Part shown: one piece after another, positions 17,801 to 32,800 of the stretch
Layout: every line of letters begins with the position of its first letter
Numbering within the stretch: the first letter of the stretch is position 1
Origin: Flectonema sp. DT1601
Lineage: Eukaryota
NCBI GenBank assembly: GCA_964019425.1
Contig: OZ025802.1
Location: 868,001-932,000 of the forward strand
DNA length: 64,000 nt
Direction of reading: 5' to 3'
Notes under the pieces: generated by a model
The model's input: only the letters and a program-made list of their open reading frames with translations
Told to the model about the DNA's origin: nothing
The model's database searches: none
Position numbers and translations under genes: made by a program

Positions 17801-20800
17801 CGGATTCTATGCCCTCATTGAAGTCTTGCGTGACTGGGTTGTCACTCTGCCGCTGAACGGAGAGTCTGGATCAGTTGGAATAAACAGCAAGAGAAACAAT
17901 GGAGGTGTTCGTGTTGGTTTTATTCAATTTTCAGGAAAGTACAGAGGGTCCCAGGCTAAAACCTCAACTCCAAGTGTTGGTACTGGAGGTAGACTGTCAG
18001 GTATCAACAAGGAACTTCAAGATGATCTTGACTGGCATCACAACAACTTTTATAACAAGGGAACTCGCATCAAGAAGGGTCTGGAACTTGCTGTTGACAT
18101 GTTCCACGACAGTAGAATGGATGACGACAGACAGCGTGTTTTGATTATCTTCGGTGACGGTAAGATTTCGGATAAGTCGAAGCTTGCTGCTGCTCGGTCC
18201 GACCTCGACAAGGAGGACGTTCAAGTATTTGGTATCGTTTTGAGAAGACAATCCCAGCACACGAAGTCTGATTTAGCTGCTGAGAAGACGTTGAAGCCAA
18301 TTACTTCCGACCCTCACGATGAGCACTTTGAAAACGTTCTGATCGATGAAGTAAGCTCCTTGATCAAGGATATCTGTAACCCTAATGGACCGTGGGGACA
18401 TTTAATTGTCAACCACATCCCAACACCTACCACTGGTCATCACTTACCATGTCCTGACTACAAGGTCCAGGCCAACTGTGTGGGAGATCCGGGTTGTGTT
18501 TGGTCCGATGCTGGTATTGCGTGTGTCAATTCACCTTGTTTATTGCATTGTGACTCGACAAACTGTACCCTCGCTGCTGCTTCTCACAACTGCTCATGGA
18601 ATGCAACTGCTGGGGAGTGTTTCAAGGAACCGGTGCCAGATTGCCACTGCAAGTTCGACACCAACGACGATACCTACAACAAGCAAAAGTGTGATGCCAA
18701 CGCGGAGTGCTTCTGGAACGCCCCACTTTCGAAGTGTGAGGTTGACGAGTGCAGTGCGAACAATGCCGGAGCAGTCTGTGCTGCAGCTGGACAGACGTGC
18801 ACTGATCCTAACAAGGAGCCGTGCAGCTTACATGATTGGACTTGCGAGTGCACACCTCCTGCTACTGGATCCAAAGTGGCTGATGTCGCTGAATGTGTTC
18901 TCGATGAGTGTATCGTAATGGGATGTCCAACATGTGCTAATGGTACCTGCCCAACTGGACAGACTTGTAAGGATCCAAATCCATCAGCTTCTTCAACAAA
19001 TGATTGGATGTGTGAATGTGATGATCCAGCAACTGGAAGTGCTATCATCGGAGTTGCTGATTGCAAGATCGATGAGTGCACCTACGACTGCGCATCATGT
19101 GAAAAGAACACATGTGCAACTAAAGGTCAGAGTTGCCTGGACCCCGACCAGTCGTCAACGTCGTTGAATGACTGGATGTGTGTTTGCGCGCCACCTGCTA
19201 CAGCTAACAAGACGGTGGGCCTCGCTGACTGTAGGTTCAACGAGTGCGACCTCGTCACTGTTTGTGATGCCAATGGACAGAAGTGTGTTGATCCAGATCT
19301 CGAGAAGAAAGACGACTGGAAGTGTGTTTGCAAGGACCCTGCCGTGGGAGCGTCGATCGGCAAGCCAGCGATCTGCGTTTTGAATGAGTGCAACACAACT
19401 TGTGCCACTTGTGCCAACGACACATGCACATCCCAGAACCAGGTTTGTGATGATCCAAACAAGTCTGAGACAAGCACCGGTGACTGGACTTGTACTTGTG
19501 TCCCCCCGGCAACAGGCCAGGCTACCGGAAATAACGCTGATTGTCTGATTGATGAGTGTACCTACACGTGTCCAACATGTGCGAACACCACCTGCAGTGA
19601 CGACAGTCAAGCCTGTCTTGATGCCGACAAGACTTCGACTTCGCTCGGGGACTGGGAGTGCATCTGTCCTCCACCGTCTAACGCAACTCAGCTAACGGGG
19701 ATTGCTAACTGCAGTATTGACGAATGCGACCTGCACCGTGATATTTGCACGAACCAGGGACAGCTTTGCCATGATCCCAACGGACTGAAGCAGGGTGACT
19801 GGATGTGCATATGCGTTCCTCCATCTAACGGCACCAACGTCGGTGATGTCGCTGCGTGTAAGATCGACGAGTGCGTCGCCACCTGCCCAACGTGCGCAAA
19901 CGACACTTGCTCTGCCCAGAGTCAGGAGTGCAATGATCCGGATCCTAGCGCTGACGTTACCGGAGACTGGACATGCAAGTGTGTACCTCCAGCGGTTGGA
20001 AACGCCACCGCCAATGCTGCCCACTGTGTGATCGATGAGTGTACTTTCACTTGTGACACTTGTGCGAACACAACCTGTTCTGATGCTACTCAGGAATGTT
20101 TCGATAAGGACACCACTTCGACGTCGAAGAATGATTGGGAGTGCGTCTGCCCTCCGCCATCGAACGCAACTGAGGTGACTGCTGTTGCGAACTGCAGCTT
20201 TGACGAGTGTGACCTTCACGGAGACACCTGCACTCGCCACGGACAGGTTTGCAATGACACTGGCCTGCTGACTCTGGATGACTGGGAATGTATTTGTGTT
20301 CCACCAGCAACGGGAAGCAACGTCGGAGACGTCGCAGCATGTCAAATCGATGAGTGTATCGCTGATTGCCCAACATGCGCTGGGACAAACTGCTCTGATG
20401 CACATCAGGTTTGCGTTGACGACAACATGAACGCCACCTCAACTGGAGACTGGCACTGCGACTGTGTTCCTCCACTCAACGGTACGGCGGTTGTCGACGC
20501 TGCTTCCTGTACCATTGATGAATGTGTTTCAGTTTGTCCAACATGTGCTAATGATACTTGCAGTGGTGTTGGTCAAACTTGTTTTGATCCTGATAAATCA
20601 GCAACCAACACCAGCAACTGGATTTGTACTTGCGTTCCTCCAGCATACGACTTCGCTGTTGCTCAAGCGGCACACTGTGTAGTGAATGAGTGCCACGACC
20701 ACGAGAAAACCTGTCACGCTGCTGGTCAGACATGCGAGGACCCGGACACAACACCAAGTGCTTCGGGAGATTGGGTGTGCAAGTGCGTGCCACCAGCGAC

Positions 20801-23800
20801 GAATGCAGGTACCACTCAACAGGGAGGAGTAGCGATGTGTGATTACCCGGGTGATTGCTCAGATACTATGGTTAGTGATGTTTGTACGAACGCTGGTCAG
20901 GTTTGCGACGACCCAACTGATATCATGACACCAGGTGACTGGACTTGTGAATGTGTGCCTCCGGCAATACTTGCGATGGGAAGCAATCCAGTTCAGGGAG
21001 CTCCGTCTGACTGCGTTCACGACGAGTGTGTGTTGGTTTGCCCAACTTGTGCTGACACCGGATCTGGTAACATCTGTTCTAAACACGGACAGGTTTGCAA
21101 GGACAGCAACACCAGTTCCCTCTCACTGAGCGACTGGGTGTGCGAATGCAACCCTCCGGAGAAGCCAGTTGACCCGAGCGCTGTTGCAGTTGCCAAGCCT
21201 GCTGAGTGTCAATTGAACGAATGCATCGAAACTTGCGCAACCTGTCAAAACGGAAAGTGCAACGGGCAGACTTGCGAAGATCCAAACATGGACCCAACGA
21301 TCACGAATGACTGGACTTGTACTTGCATCGCTCCGGGTGTTGGTGTTGCTACTGGCAAGGAAGCCGCTTGTGTTTGCGATGAGTGTCTGACGACAACAGT
21401 TTGTGGTAACCAAACCTGTTTCGATACCAACACCTCGTGTCCTGCTGGCAATGACTTCACTTGCACTTGCCAGCCTCCATCGATTGACTTCGATGTTGCA
21501 GCACCGGCTGTCTGCAAGTACGACGAGTGCAAGGAGAAGAGTGGTGAGTGTAACGCTGTGGGCCAAACTTGTAACGATCCGAATCTCACTGTTGCTGGAG
21601 ATTGGGAGTGCGAGTGCATTCCACCGCAGTTGCCGGATGGCAGGAACTCGACGAATGACAAGCACGCGGTGTGCAAGCTCGACGAGTGTGTTCAGACGTG
21701 CCCAACTTGTGCCAACAACACGGCCTGTGGGTCGCAGACTTGCAAAGACCCTAACACCGACCCTACGATGGTCGGTGATTGGACCTGTACCTGTGTTGAA
21801 GGTGTTGGTTTTGCAACAGGTAAGCAAGCGGAGTGTGTGTGTAACGAATGCTTAAATACGATGATCTGTGAGAATGCCAACCAGACGTGCTACGATGCGG
21901 ACAAGTCGTGTCCTCCAAAGAATGACTTCGACTGCGAGTGCCAACCTCCATCAGCTGATACCGCAGTGGCAGCAGCCGCAATCTGTACTTACGATGAGTG
22001 CATTGATCACAAGGCAAGCTGTACTCAGGTGGGTCAGGTGTGCAAGGACCCGGACACTGCTGTTGGAGGAAACTGGATTTGTGAATGTGTCGCACCTCAG
22101 GTTCAACAGGGTAACACGGTTCAGGGAAGACCTGTGACGTGTGCGATTCCGGAGTGCGACGTGGTTGGATGTCCAACTTGCGCGAATGACACCTGCAGTG
22201 GAGCTGGGCAGACTTGTTTTGACCCAAATACTGATCCGTCAAGTTTGAGAGACTGGACCTGTACTTGTGAGCTGCCTGGTGTGGGGTTTGCGACGGGGAA
22301 GCCTGCGGACTGCGTTTGCAACGAGTGCCTCAACAGCACGACGTGCTCTGATGCGGACCAGACTTGCCACGATGCCGACAAGTCGTGTCCTCCAAGGAAC
22401 GACTTCAAGTGCGAGTGCAAGTTCCCATCGAGCGATTCTGCTGTGGGTCAGGCGGTGGCTGTTTGCACGAACCCGGAGTGTGAGAAGAACAAGGCTGTGT
22501 GCGCGTCTGTCGGGCAAACTTGTGTGGACAACAACATCACGAGGGACAACGACTGGGAGTGTGTGTGCCCGCTGCCATCTTTAGGAATCGGTTTGATGCA
22601 GCCAGCTGCCTGTACTCTGGTTGAATGTGATCAGACTTGTTCGACTTGTGCTAACGATACTTGCAGCAGTGTTGGTCAAACGTGTTCGGAGGTGAGCACC
22701 GACCCAACGGATGTGAACGACTGGGAATGTGTTTGCAAACCGCCTGCGACCGGAAGAGCCAGCGGTGCGGCAGCGCACTGCGAGCGTGACGAGTGCAAGG
22801 AGCACGGGGACAAGTGTACTCTGAACTGCAAGACTGGTTCCCTTGACTGCGCACAGAAGTGCGTTGATCCGGACAAGTCGGTTACGTCGCTGAACGACTG
22901 GAAGTGCATCTGCGAGCCTCCTTCGAGCAACTACGCTGTTGGGAAGTCAGCGAAGTGTTCGGTTGATCCGTGCGTGGCGGACAACGAGGAGGCGTGCCTG
23001 AACGACAATGCCGGATGTGAGTGGACGGAACTGCCAACCAGAACGTGCAAGAAGATTCCTTGCGAGTTCGACAACCCAGCGAGCTGTAACTCGACCGCGG
23101 ACTGCGATTGGGTGAGCACCGCTGGGAGCAGAGGGGGACTGGGAAGCATTTCGTACGACAACGTCAACGCGGTGAGTCCGTTCGCATCGGTGACGTGCGA
23201 CGGAATTTCGTTTACGGGTTCCTGCAGCTGCAACATGCTGCTGGGAGCTGCTGGAGAAAAGGGAGGGGCGCAGGTGACGATCGAGGACGGATACTCGAAG
23301 GGATCGGACTCGCTGGAGTGCACCGGGTGCGCGGGAGCTGGAATCGAGTCGGTTTGGAACGCCAACACTGGAACCCTCATTTTGAAGAAGTCGGCGGGGG
23401 CGGGGGCGACTGCGCGCGAGCTTGTGGAGGCGATCAAGACGGTGGCGTTCAGAACTTCATCGAGTGACGGGAACTTGCGTGGACTGACTTGGAACTTGGG
23501 TAACGCGATGTACTCGAAGAGGACGAGCCACTACTACCGTCACTTCACCGCTGCGGAATGCAACGGTGCGGGTGGGGGCTGCACGTGGGAAGAGGCGCAG
23601 AACATGTGTTCCAGCAAGTCATTGTTTGGATTGACGGGTTACCTGATGAGTGTGACGTCTGGGGCTGAGAACTCGCTTGCGAAGGGGAAGTTGGAGGGAT
23701 CTGGTTGGATTGGAGCGATGGGAAGCGGAAACTCTTGGAAATGGGTAACTGGACCAGACGCTACGAAGGGACCGTCCCCGTGCCGGTCGTTCACCGGAGG

Positions 23801-26800
23801 TGCGTCGAGCTGTGACTTTGCGGGAGTGGACAGCGGGAAGGGATACCCGATCGGTTCAGGGGTGGCGGACCAGTTCGTGGCGGCGCAGGTTCTCGGACTT
23901 GCTGCGTACAACCAGTGGGATACCTCGGAGCCAACGCAGTCGGGTAGGTTCGCTTCCTTTGCGGTTCCATCTGGTGAATGGTCGACACCTGGATCTTCGA
24001 GTGACGGATTCATCTGCGAGTGGGGAGAGATCGGGAACGCGTGCCTGGCTACGGCGGATGACTTGTGGGGAACGGTCGACCTGGTTGCGGGAGTCTGCAA
24101 GGAGAAGAGATGTACCGAGTCGTCGCAGGCGGAGTGCGAGGTGGATCCGTTCTGCAACTTCGTTGGTGGAAACGTCGACCCTTGCGTGCCAAAGCCATGT
24201 ACCGAGTACCCTGATGAGAAGAGTTGCGACAAGGATGAAAGATGTGATTGGGACACCAGCGTTGCACCGGGGCTCTGCAGTGAGACGGTGTGCGAGAAGT
24301 TGAAGACGGCCGAACTGTGTGAGAAGCACCCTGACTGCGACTGGGACACGCTGACTGGACACTGCAAGGAACAGATCTGCCCTGTGAACACCGACCGATG
24401 CTCGTGTAACGAGGAGCCGAAGTGCTTCTGGTCGGACTCTGCGGATGCAGCTGCGAGACAATGTGTAGACTCGAAGTACGCGTTGTGCCCGGTGATGGAT
24501 ATGATTATCATGTTCTCGGGTACGAAGAACATGGCTCAGGTATTCGGACGTCACCCTGTTGGGTTCGACGCGGTGACTTCGATCTTGAGGGATTGGGTGT
24601 CGACGATGTACTTGACGGGTGAGAGGTACACTGTGAATCCGTCGGTGGCGAACGGTGGGGGGGTGAGAGTTGGTTTGGTGCAGTTCGCCGGAGAGTTGGC
24701 GCCGTCGACGACTGTGGTGACGAAGGCGGTAAGGACCTCTCCAACTGGTGTCGGTGAGAGCGGACAACTGTCTGGAGACATGAACGAGCTCCTTGAGGGG
24801 ATCACCTACCACGAGTCGAACTACTTGATGGGACAGGGAGCCTACATTGTTCCTGCTTTGGAGAAGGCGTCGAGCATGTTCACGTCGACTCCGATTGGTA
24901 GAAAGAGGGTGTTGATTGTGTTGACCGGTTCAACGATCAAGGACATCGATCAGGTTCAACCTAGCCAGAACAAGTTGGAGACGCAGGGAGTGGAGATCTT
25001 CGGAGCGGTGATCCGCAGAATGGACACGAAGACCGCTGAGGACATCAGGGCTGAGGCTGCGATGAAACCGTTGGCGACTGATCCTGCTGTTGACCACTCT
25101 GATGGCATCAAGGTCGACGATTTGGAGGCAATCCTGCACGGAATCTGCGATCCAAACTCGAAGTGGAACGTCGCGACGTCACCGGCGGTGCCGCAGGCTG
25201 GAGTGCACAAGCCGTGCGCTCAGTATGGTTCCCAGAAGGACTGCACGGCGGACAAGGGATGCGTGTACTCGGGAGTGTTCCAGAAGTGCGAAGCTTCGCC
25301 GTGCATTGCGCACTGTGGGGAGGTTCAGTGCAACGCGGACAACGTGAACCTGTGCGAGTGGGACGCGGCGAACCAGACGTGCTGGAAGCGTGAGCTCTGT
25401 CCACACCACAACTCGACCGCTTGCGAGGACGACCCTGCGTGTGACTGGAACTCGAGCGCTTCGACGGTGGAAGACAAGTGTGTCGAGAGGGAATGCAACT
25501 ACAAGTCTGAGCAGGAGTGCGCTGCCGAGGTTCTCGTGAAGTGCGACTGGGATTCAGCGTCCAGAACCTGTGGATTGACACCTTGCCAGCACGCGAACGA
25601 GACGAGTTGCACTGCGGATGCGTCTGAGCATTGCGAGTGGGACGTCTGCGTGGCATCGCACAACTCGGCGGATGCGTGCAGGAAGGATCGCTGCCTGGAC
25701 TACGGAGCGGAGTACAGCAACTGCACCCAGGACCCGATGTGTAGGTGGGATGCCCTCGCCGGAAACGGGAAGTGCTTGCGCAAGACTTGTACCGAATTCG
25801 GAGACGAACGTTGCTGCAATGACCAGGACGGATGCTTCTGGGACATCAGCGTGTCGCCGGCGCTGTGCAGTGAGAAGCTGTGCGAGTCGTTGAAGCAAGA
25901 CCAGGGTGCATGTGGAACTGAGCCAACTTGTGAATGGGACAGCGCGAAGAACACGTGCGTTGACAAGGATTGCAGTGTGATGGAAAGATGTGACTGCGAG
26001 AAGGACGTGGACTGCTTCTGGAGATCTGCGAACGGGACGGAGTCGTGCACGTGGAAGAGCTACGGCGAGTGCCCGGCAATGGACATGGTGTTGCTGTTGG
26101 GAGGATCGTCGACGATGGGGCTGCCGTTCGGAAGACACCCGAAGGGATTCAACGGAATGACCGAGGCACTGAAGAAGTGGGTTGCGACGATTCCGCTTTC
26201 AGGGGAAGCTGCCTCTGTTGGACTGGGGAGCAAGCCGACGGGGATCCGAGTGGGAGTTGTGCAGTTTGGGGGAGAGAACAAGGACGGTGGGAACCCAGGA
26301 AGGGCGGACGCGAAGACGGCGCCGGTGGGTGTCGGAGCTGCGGGGCAGTTCAGTGGTGACGTGGCTGAGCTGAAGGCGGACTTGGACTGGCAGGAGGACA
26401 ACTTCTACGGAAGCGGGATGATGATCGCCAACGGTCTCGGAGTTGCTGAGAGAATGATGAGAGACTACTCTCCACAGGATGGAAGAAAGAAGGTTGTCGT
26501 GATCCTCGCGGACGGGAAGATGTACGACACGGACACCGTGTCTGGAACGATCGCGTCGATGCAGGTTCAGGGTGTGGAGGTGTTCGGGGCGGCGATCAGA
26601 AGGCAGCCGGTGAGCACGCTGGTTGACCAGAACGCGGTGGCTTCCCTTCGAACGATCGCGACTTCGCCAAGCAGCGGGCACGTTGCGAACATCGTTCTCG
26701 ACGAGTTGGTGGACACGACTAAGAGTTTGGGAGGGATCTGCGACAGCAACGCGTTCTTCGGAAAGCTGCTGGTGGACGCGCAGCCGGACACGACGGTGGC

Positions 26801-29800
26801 GGTTGGAGGACAGCACAAGCCGTGTGATCAGCATCTCGAGAAGTCGCCTTGCAACATCGACCCTGGTTGTGTTTGGTTTGATGCGTCTCTGTCTTGTGTT
26901 GAGACCCTCTGCATGCAGCACAGCTGCAACCAGAGTTCTTGTGAGCAGGACGTTGCCAATGGATGTGTTTACGAGACGGCCACCCACAGGTGTTGGAAGG
27001 AGCCAAAGGACTGCTCGCTGTACACGAACATGACGAAGTGTGCTGAGGACGCGGAGTGCCAGGCATCTTCGGACAAGACTACCTGTGTGGACAAGAAGTG
27101 CGACCACGACGACGAGAAGGGATGCATTGCCGATTCAGACTTGTGCGTGTGGGACAACCTGCAGAGCATCTGTGGAGAGAGGCCGTGCAGCGCGACGACC
27201 GAGGCGGACTGCAAGTTGGCAACTGGGGAGCAGTGTGTTTGGAACACGTTGCTTCCGGTGAACGGAACAACTGAGTCGTTCGCAAAGGGGAAGCCGATGC
27301 AGCCGTTCAACAGCGTTGGGACGACTGGATACCCGGAGGACTGCTCTGCGGGGATGTTCGCTGGCGGGTCTTGCAGCTGCGCGACGACGCTGAGCGAGGC
27401 GCACGTGGGGGTCGAGGAGGGATACACTCCGAGCAAGGATGTGTTCGAGTGTCCGAAGTGCGCGTCTCTCGGAGTCAACACTGAGTGGAACTCGGCGACC
27501 GGAATCATGACCCTCAGAGCGGCGGGTTCGGCGGCGGGGGGGACGGCGGACACGTTCTTGAAGGCGATCCGGGAGGTGACCTTCACCACGACGTCGGACG
27601 ACGGGAACGCGAGGAAGCTGACGTGGAACTTGGGGGGAGCATTCTACTCGTCGAACACGGGACACTACTACAGGTACTTCGCGAAGTCCGAGTGCGGAGG
27701 CGTGCAGGGAGGCTGCAGATGGGACGAAGCGAAGACTGCCTGCGAATCGGACTCGAGGATGATCTTCGGGTTGAGGGGATACCTTCTTTCGATCAACACC
27801 GAGACCGAGACAAAGGCCCTGATGGGGAGAATCTCCGGTGAAGGTTGGATCGGTGCGACCGATGCCGGGGCGAACGAGGGAGAATGGCGTTGGATGACGG
27901 GACCTGAGGCACTGACGGGAACAACTCCGTGCGGAGCGTTCGGCAACAACAGGGCCAGCTGCGACGTTTCGATTGACCTCGCGAGCGGTAAGTTGGTGGG
28001 AGCGGACGCTGCGAAGGGTGTTTCGATTGGATCGGGAGTGGGATCGAGATTCACTGCGGTGTCGTACGCAAACTGGGCGATTGGGCAACCGGATGACAGC
28101 CACACGGCGTGTCCTGGAAGCTGTGCTGCCTGGGGAGAAGACTTCGCGCAGTACTCGATCCCATCCGGTACGTGGAGGGACGCACCGGGGGATGCGAGCG
28201 ACGTGGCCGGGTTCGTGTGCGAGTGGGGAGGAGTCGGAAGCCTGTGCGTGCAGTCGAACGCGTTTGGATCGAAGTTCGTGACGGCCGGTGTGTGCGAAGA
28301 GAAGAAGTGCACGACGGACATCGAAAGCGAGTGCAAGAGAGACCCATACTGCAAGTGGGAGAACAACACGTGCGGGATCAAGAAGTGTGCCGAGTACCCG
28401 GATGAGGTGACTTGCGAGCAGGATGAGATCTGTGACTGGAACCCAGCGGTTTCGCCGGCGATCTGCGAACAGAACCCATGTACGAGGTACCTGGACAACA
28501 GCACGTGCGAGGCGGACAGCAACTGCATGGTGGACCCTACCGGAAAGGCGAAGAGCCTCTGCGTGGACAAGGACTGCAATGAATACGACAAGTGTAAGTG
28601 TAAGAACGACGTTGAGTGCTACTGGAAGAACAACAGCTGCGTGAACAGCAACTACGGGGAGTGTCCGACTCTGGACATCGTGGCGATCGTCGACGGTTCG
28701 GGATCGATGTCGCAGTCGTTCGGACGTCACCCTCACGGATACTACGGACTGGTGTCAATCTTGAAGGACTGGGTGAAGAACCTTCCTCTGTCCGGGGAGC
28801 TCGCGAACATTGGTGCGGCGTCGACGCTGACTCAGAAGACGAGAGTTGGGTTCGTTCAGTTCTCGGGTCACCCGCAATACAGCGATCCTGCGACTGGTGT
28901 GTGGAGCGGTCCGATCGTGAACGACGTTGCGACGACGCCGATGGGAACTGGAGCCGGGGGAAGGATCTCGGGATCCATCACCGAGTTGAACGGAGACCTG
29001 GCGTGGCACCAGTCGAACTACCTGGATGCCGGTACCTACATCGCGAACGCGTTGATTACCGCGAATGACATGTTCTCGAAGCAGTCGCCGCAGGACAGCC
29101 GTACCAAGGTTTTGATCATCTTCACCGACGGAGTGATCTCTGACATCGACAAGACGTCGACTCCGAAGTCTTCACTGGAAGGGAAGGGAGTTATGATCTT
29201 CGGTATAATGATCCGCAGAGGTGATATTCCATCAAGCGTTGACCTGACGGCTGAGGAGACGCTGAAGAAGATTGCTTCGGAACCGAACCGAGTGTACAAC
29301 CTCCAAATTGATGACATTCCGGACGTTCTGTCGAAGGTGTGCGACCCTACCGACAAATGGGGAGCTGAGATTGCGAAGGTTCCAAAGTCGCAGACGGGAG
29401 TGCACTTGCCTTGTCAGTTCTACGTTGAGAAGAAGCCTTGTGATGTGGACCCTGGATGTCTGTGGTCGGATGTGCTGTCTTCGTGTACCGACAGTGTGTG
29501 CATCGGGTACTGCAGCGAGCAGGATTGCGTTGCGGACACGGCGAACCATTGCAAGTGGGAAAACGACGAGTGTGTGAAGTTCAAGCCTTGCTCGTACACG
29601 CAGAAGGTGCAGTGCGAACAAGACACCGAGTGCCGATTCAACGACACGTCGAACGAGTGCGGTGAGAAGCCTTGCACGCACAGCGACGAGAACAGCTGCG
29701 TTGCGGAGACGACGTACGAGTGCGAGTGGGTGCCGGGTACCCAGGAGTGCATTGAGAAGCCTTGCGTGCAGCTGACGGACTCGGGGAGCTGCGCGGCGGA

Positions 29801-32800
29801 CGCGCAGTGCGAGTGGGACTCGGCGTGCGACAAGGATGTGTGCATCAAGAAGGTGTGCCAGCACGTGGCGATGGACCAGTGTGAACTGGACACGCTCTGC
29901 GCGTGGGTGGGGAGCGCGTGCCAGCGCAGGACTTGTGGAAACCTCGTCGACGAGAAGTGCTGCGTTGAGGACGAGCAATGCTTCTGGGACGTGTCTGCCG
30001 CACCGGGAGTTTGCAGAAAGGAGCCGTGTTTGGAGTACAACTCGACGAACTGCAACGACCAACGGGAGTGCCGTCTGGACACTTCCAACAACTGCAAGCC
30101 GAAGGACTGCGTGAACTACGACCAGTGCTCTTGCGAGGGTGACGCCGACTGCTTCTGGATCGCGGCGGCCCAGACTTGCACGTCGTCAGCTTACGGACAG
30201 TGCCCGACGATGGACATCGTTTTGCTGATCGACGGTGGGGATTCGATGAAGAAGGCGTTCGGGCGTCACCCGTTTGGATTCTACGGGTTGACGAACGTGT
30301 TGAGGGACTGGATGATGACTCTTCCGTTGAACGGGGAGTCGGGATCGGTCGGTAGCAACTCGAGGAGCGGGACGGACCAGGCGAGAGTGGCGATCGTGCA
30401 GTTCGCGGGAAGTGAAATCTGGGCGCCCGGGAACGAGCGTCAGTACCGAGTGTCGCCACCGGGAGTCGGAACTGGTGGGAGACTGTCGGGAATGAGGTCG
30501 GAGTTGGTTGCCGACTTGGCTGACCACGAAGCGAACTTCATGGGGGCGGACGCGGCCCTGCAGCCGATCCCGAGGAAGACGTACTTGCTTGGAGGTCTTG
30601 CGAAGGCGGCGTCCCTGTTCAAGAACTCGCCTGTCGACCGGACGAAGATCCTCATCATCTTCGCTGACAACGCGATGGACGACAAGAGCGCGTACGCAAC
30701 GGCGCAGTCGGAATTGAACCGGCTGCAAGTGAACGTCTTCGGGGCGGTTGTGCGTCCGTACGACGTCCGCGGACCAATCGACACCGGTGCCGAAAGCGCG
30801 TTGACGACGGTGACGTCGAACGTGCAGTCGGAGCACACGGTCAACAAGCAATTGGACGAGTTGGCTGCGGTGCTCGAAGGTTTGTGCGATCCAAGCACCC
30901 CGTGGGGCAAATACATCGCCAAGAAGGATGGTGGTGGTAGACAGCCGTGCCCGAACCACAAGGACAAGACTGTCTGCAACAAGGACTCCGGATGTGCTTG
31001 GCATGACCAGACCCTGAGCTGTGGTGACACGCCGTGTTTGACCCACTGCGCGGAGGCAAACTGCACTGCGGACACCATCAACACGTGTGTCTGGAATTCA
31101 ACAGTTGGTTGCGAGAAGGAGAAGACTTGCGACCACACCAACCCGGACGACTGCAGAGTCGACGACAAGTGTCAGTACGACGACGTCAGCAAGAGCTGCG
31201 TCGCCAAGAAGTGTGACCACGAGGCGGAGCAGGGTTGCCTTGCGGACCCTGACGTGTGTGTGTGGAACAACCTGAACAAGGTTTGCGGTGAGAAGCCTTG
31301 CAACATCCACGAGGAGCGTGAGTGCAACAATCACATCAACTGCACGTGGAACACGAGTTCGCGGACATGCAACGTCGACAAGTGTCTGTGGACCAGCGTC
31401 GACGAGTGCAACACCGATCCGTACTGCGTGTGGGAAGGTGCAGGTGGTGCGGGAAGTGCTGACCCTTGCGTGCAGAAGAAGTGCACGGAGCACATGACGG
31501 AGTTGGAGTGCGAGTTGGAAGCAGACTGCGACTGGGACACTTCAATCTCACCGGGGATCTGTCTGGAGACGTACTGCAGACGCTACGGAAACGACAGCGG
31601 GTCGTGTGACTCCGATGGAAAGTGCATGTTCGAGAACTCGACGGATACTTGTGTGGACAAGGATTGTTCGACGTTTGAAGTTTGCAGGTGTCAGAAGGAC
31701 CCGGAGTGCTTCTGGTCGGCGGATGCGTCCCCTGCGAGCTGCAAGGCTGCGCAGTTCGGAGAATGTCCACAACTGGACATCGTTGTGATGATTGACGGGT
31801 CGGACTCGATGAATTTGGTGTTCGGACGTCACCCGTCTGGTTACGTTGGAGTTATCGAGATGTTGCGTTCTTGGGTATCGGGACTTCCGCTTTCTGGTGA
31901 GAAGGCTGGAGTTCCGTCGACGAAGAACGGAAACACCAGGGTCGGGTTTGTTCAATTCGGAGGTCTCGCACAGTTCCCAACGCAGAGCGCGAGGAAGGCA
32001 CCTGCGTCTGTGGGATCGGAGGGGCGGTTGAGCGGAGACAAGATGCAGGCTTTGGGGGACCTGTCGTGGCACGCGAGCAACATTGTCGGGGGGGAGACGT
32101 ACATCGCGAGGGGTCTGGACATGGCGGCGGACATGTTCATGGCGTCGCCGAAGGATGGCAGGAAGAGGGTTCTGATCATCCTGAACGACGGAAAGATCTT
32201 GGACGCGGACTCCCTGACGACACCTCGAAGCAGACTGATCCAAAAGAACGTGTACACGATGGGGGTTGTGATCAGAAGGTTCGATGCGCAGTCACCTGTG
32301 GACATGGATGCCGAGGGAGCTCTGAAGAAGTTGACGTTCGACCCGGTTACGAAGCAACCTGCCGACGATATGATTACGAACGTGGTTTTGGATGATTTGA
32401 TGGCGAAGTTGAACTCCCTGTGCGACCCGACTAAGTTGTGGGGACAGCGCATCGTCGACCGTGTTGGACAGCAGGTCGGTGTGCACCGTCCGTGTGGAAA
32501 CTACCAGGACAAGGTGATGTGCGGGAAGGATGCGGGTTGTGTTTGGAGAGACGTGATCGATGCGTGCGTGGACACTCCGTGCACGCTGCACTGCCAGGAG
32601 GGTGAGTGCAACACCGACGTGGCGAACAAGTGTGTGTTCGATTCCAGCAGCCAGGTTTGCTCGAAGACCGACACCTGCGCTGCGCACGACCAGGCGGCAT
32701 GCAGCTTGGACGCCGAGTGCAAGTTCAACACGACCTCGAACGGGTGTGAGGAGAAGCCTTGCAAGCACACCAACGAAGGGTCGTGCGTGGCGGACAAGAC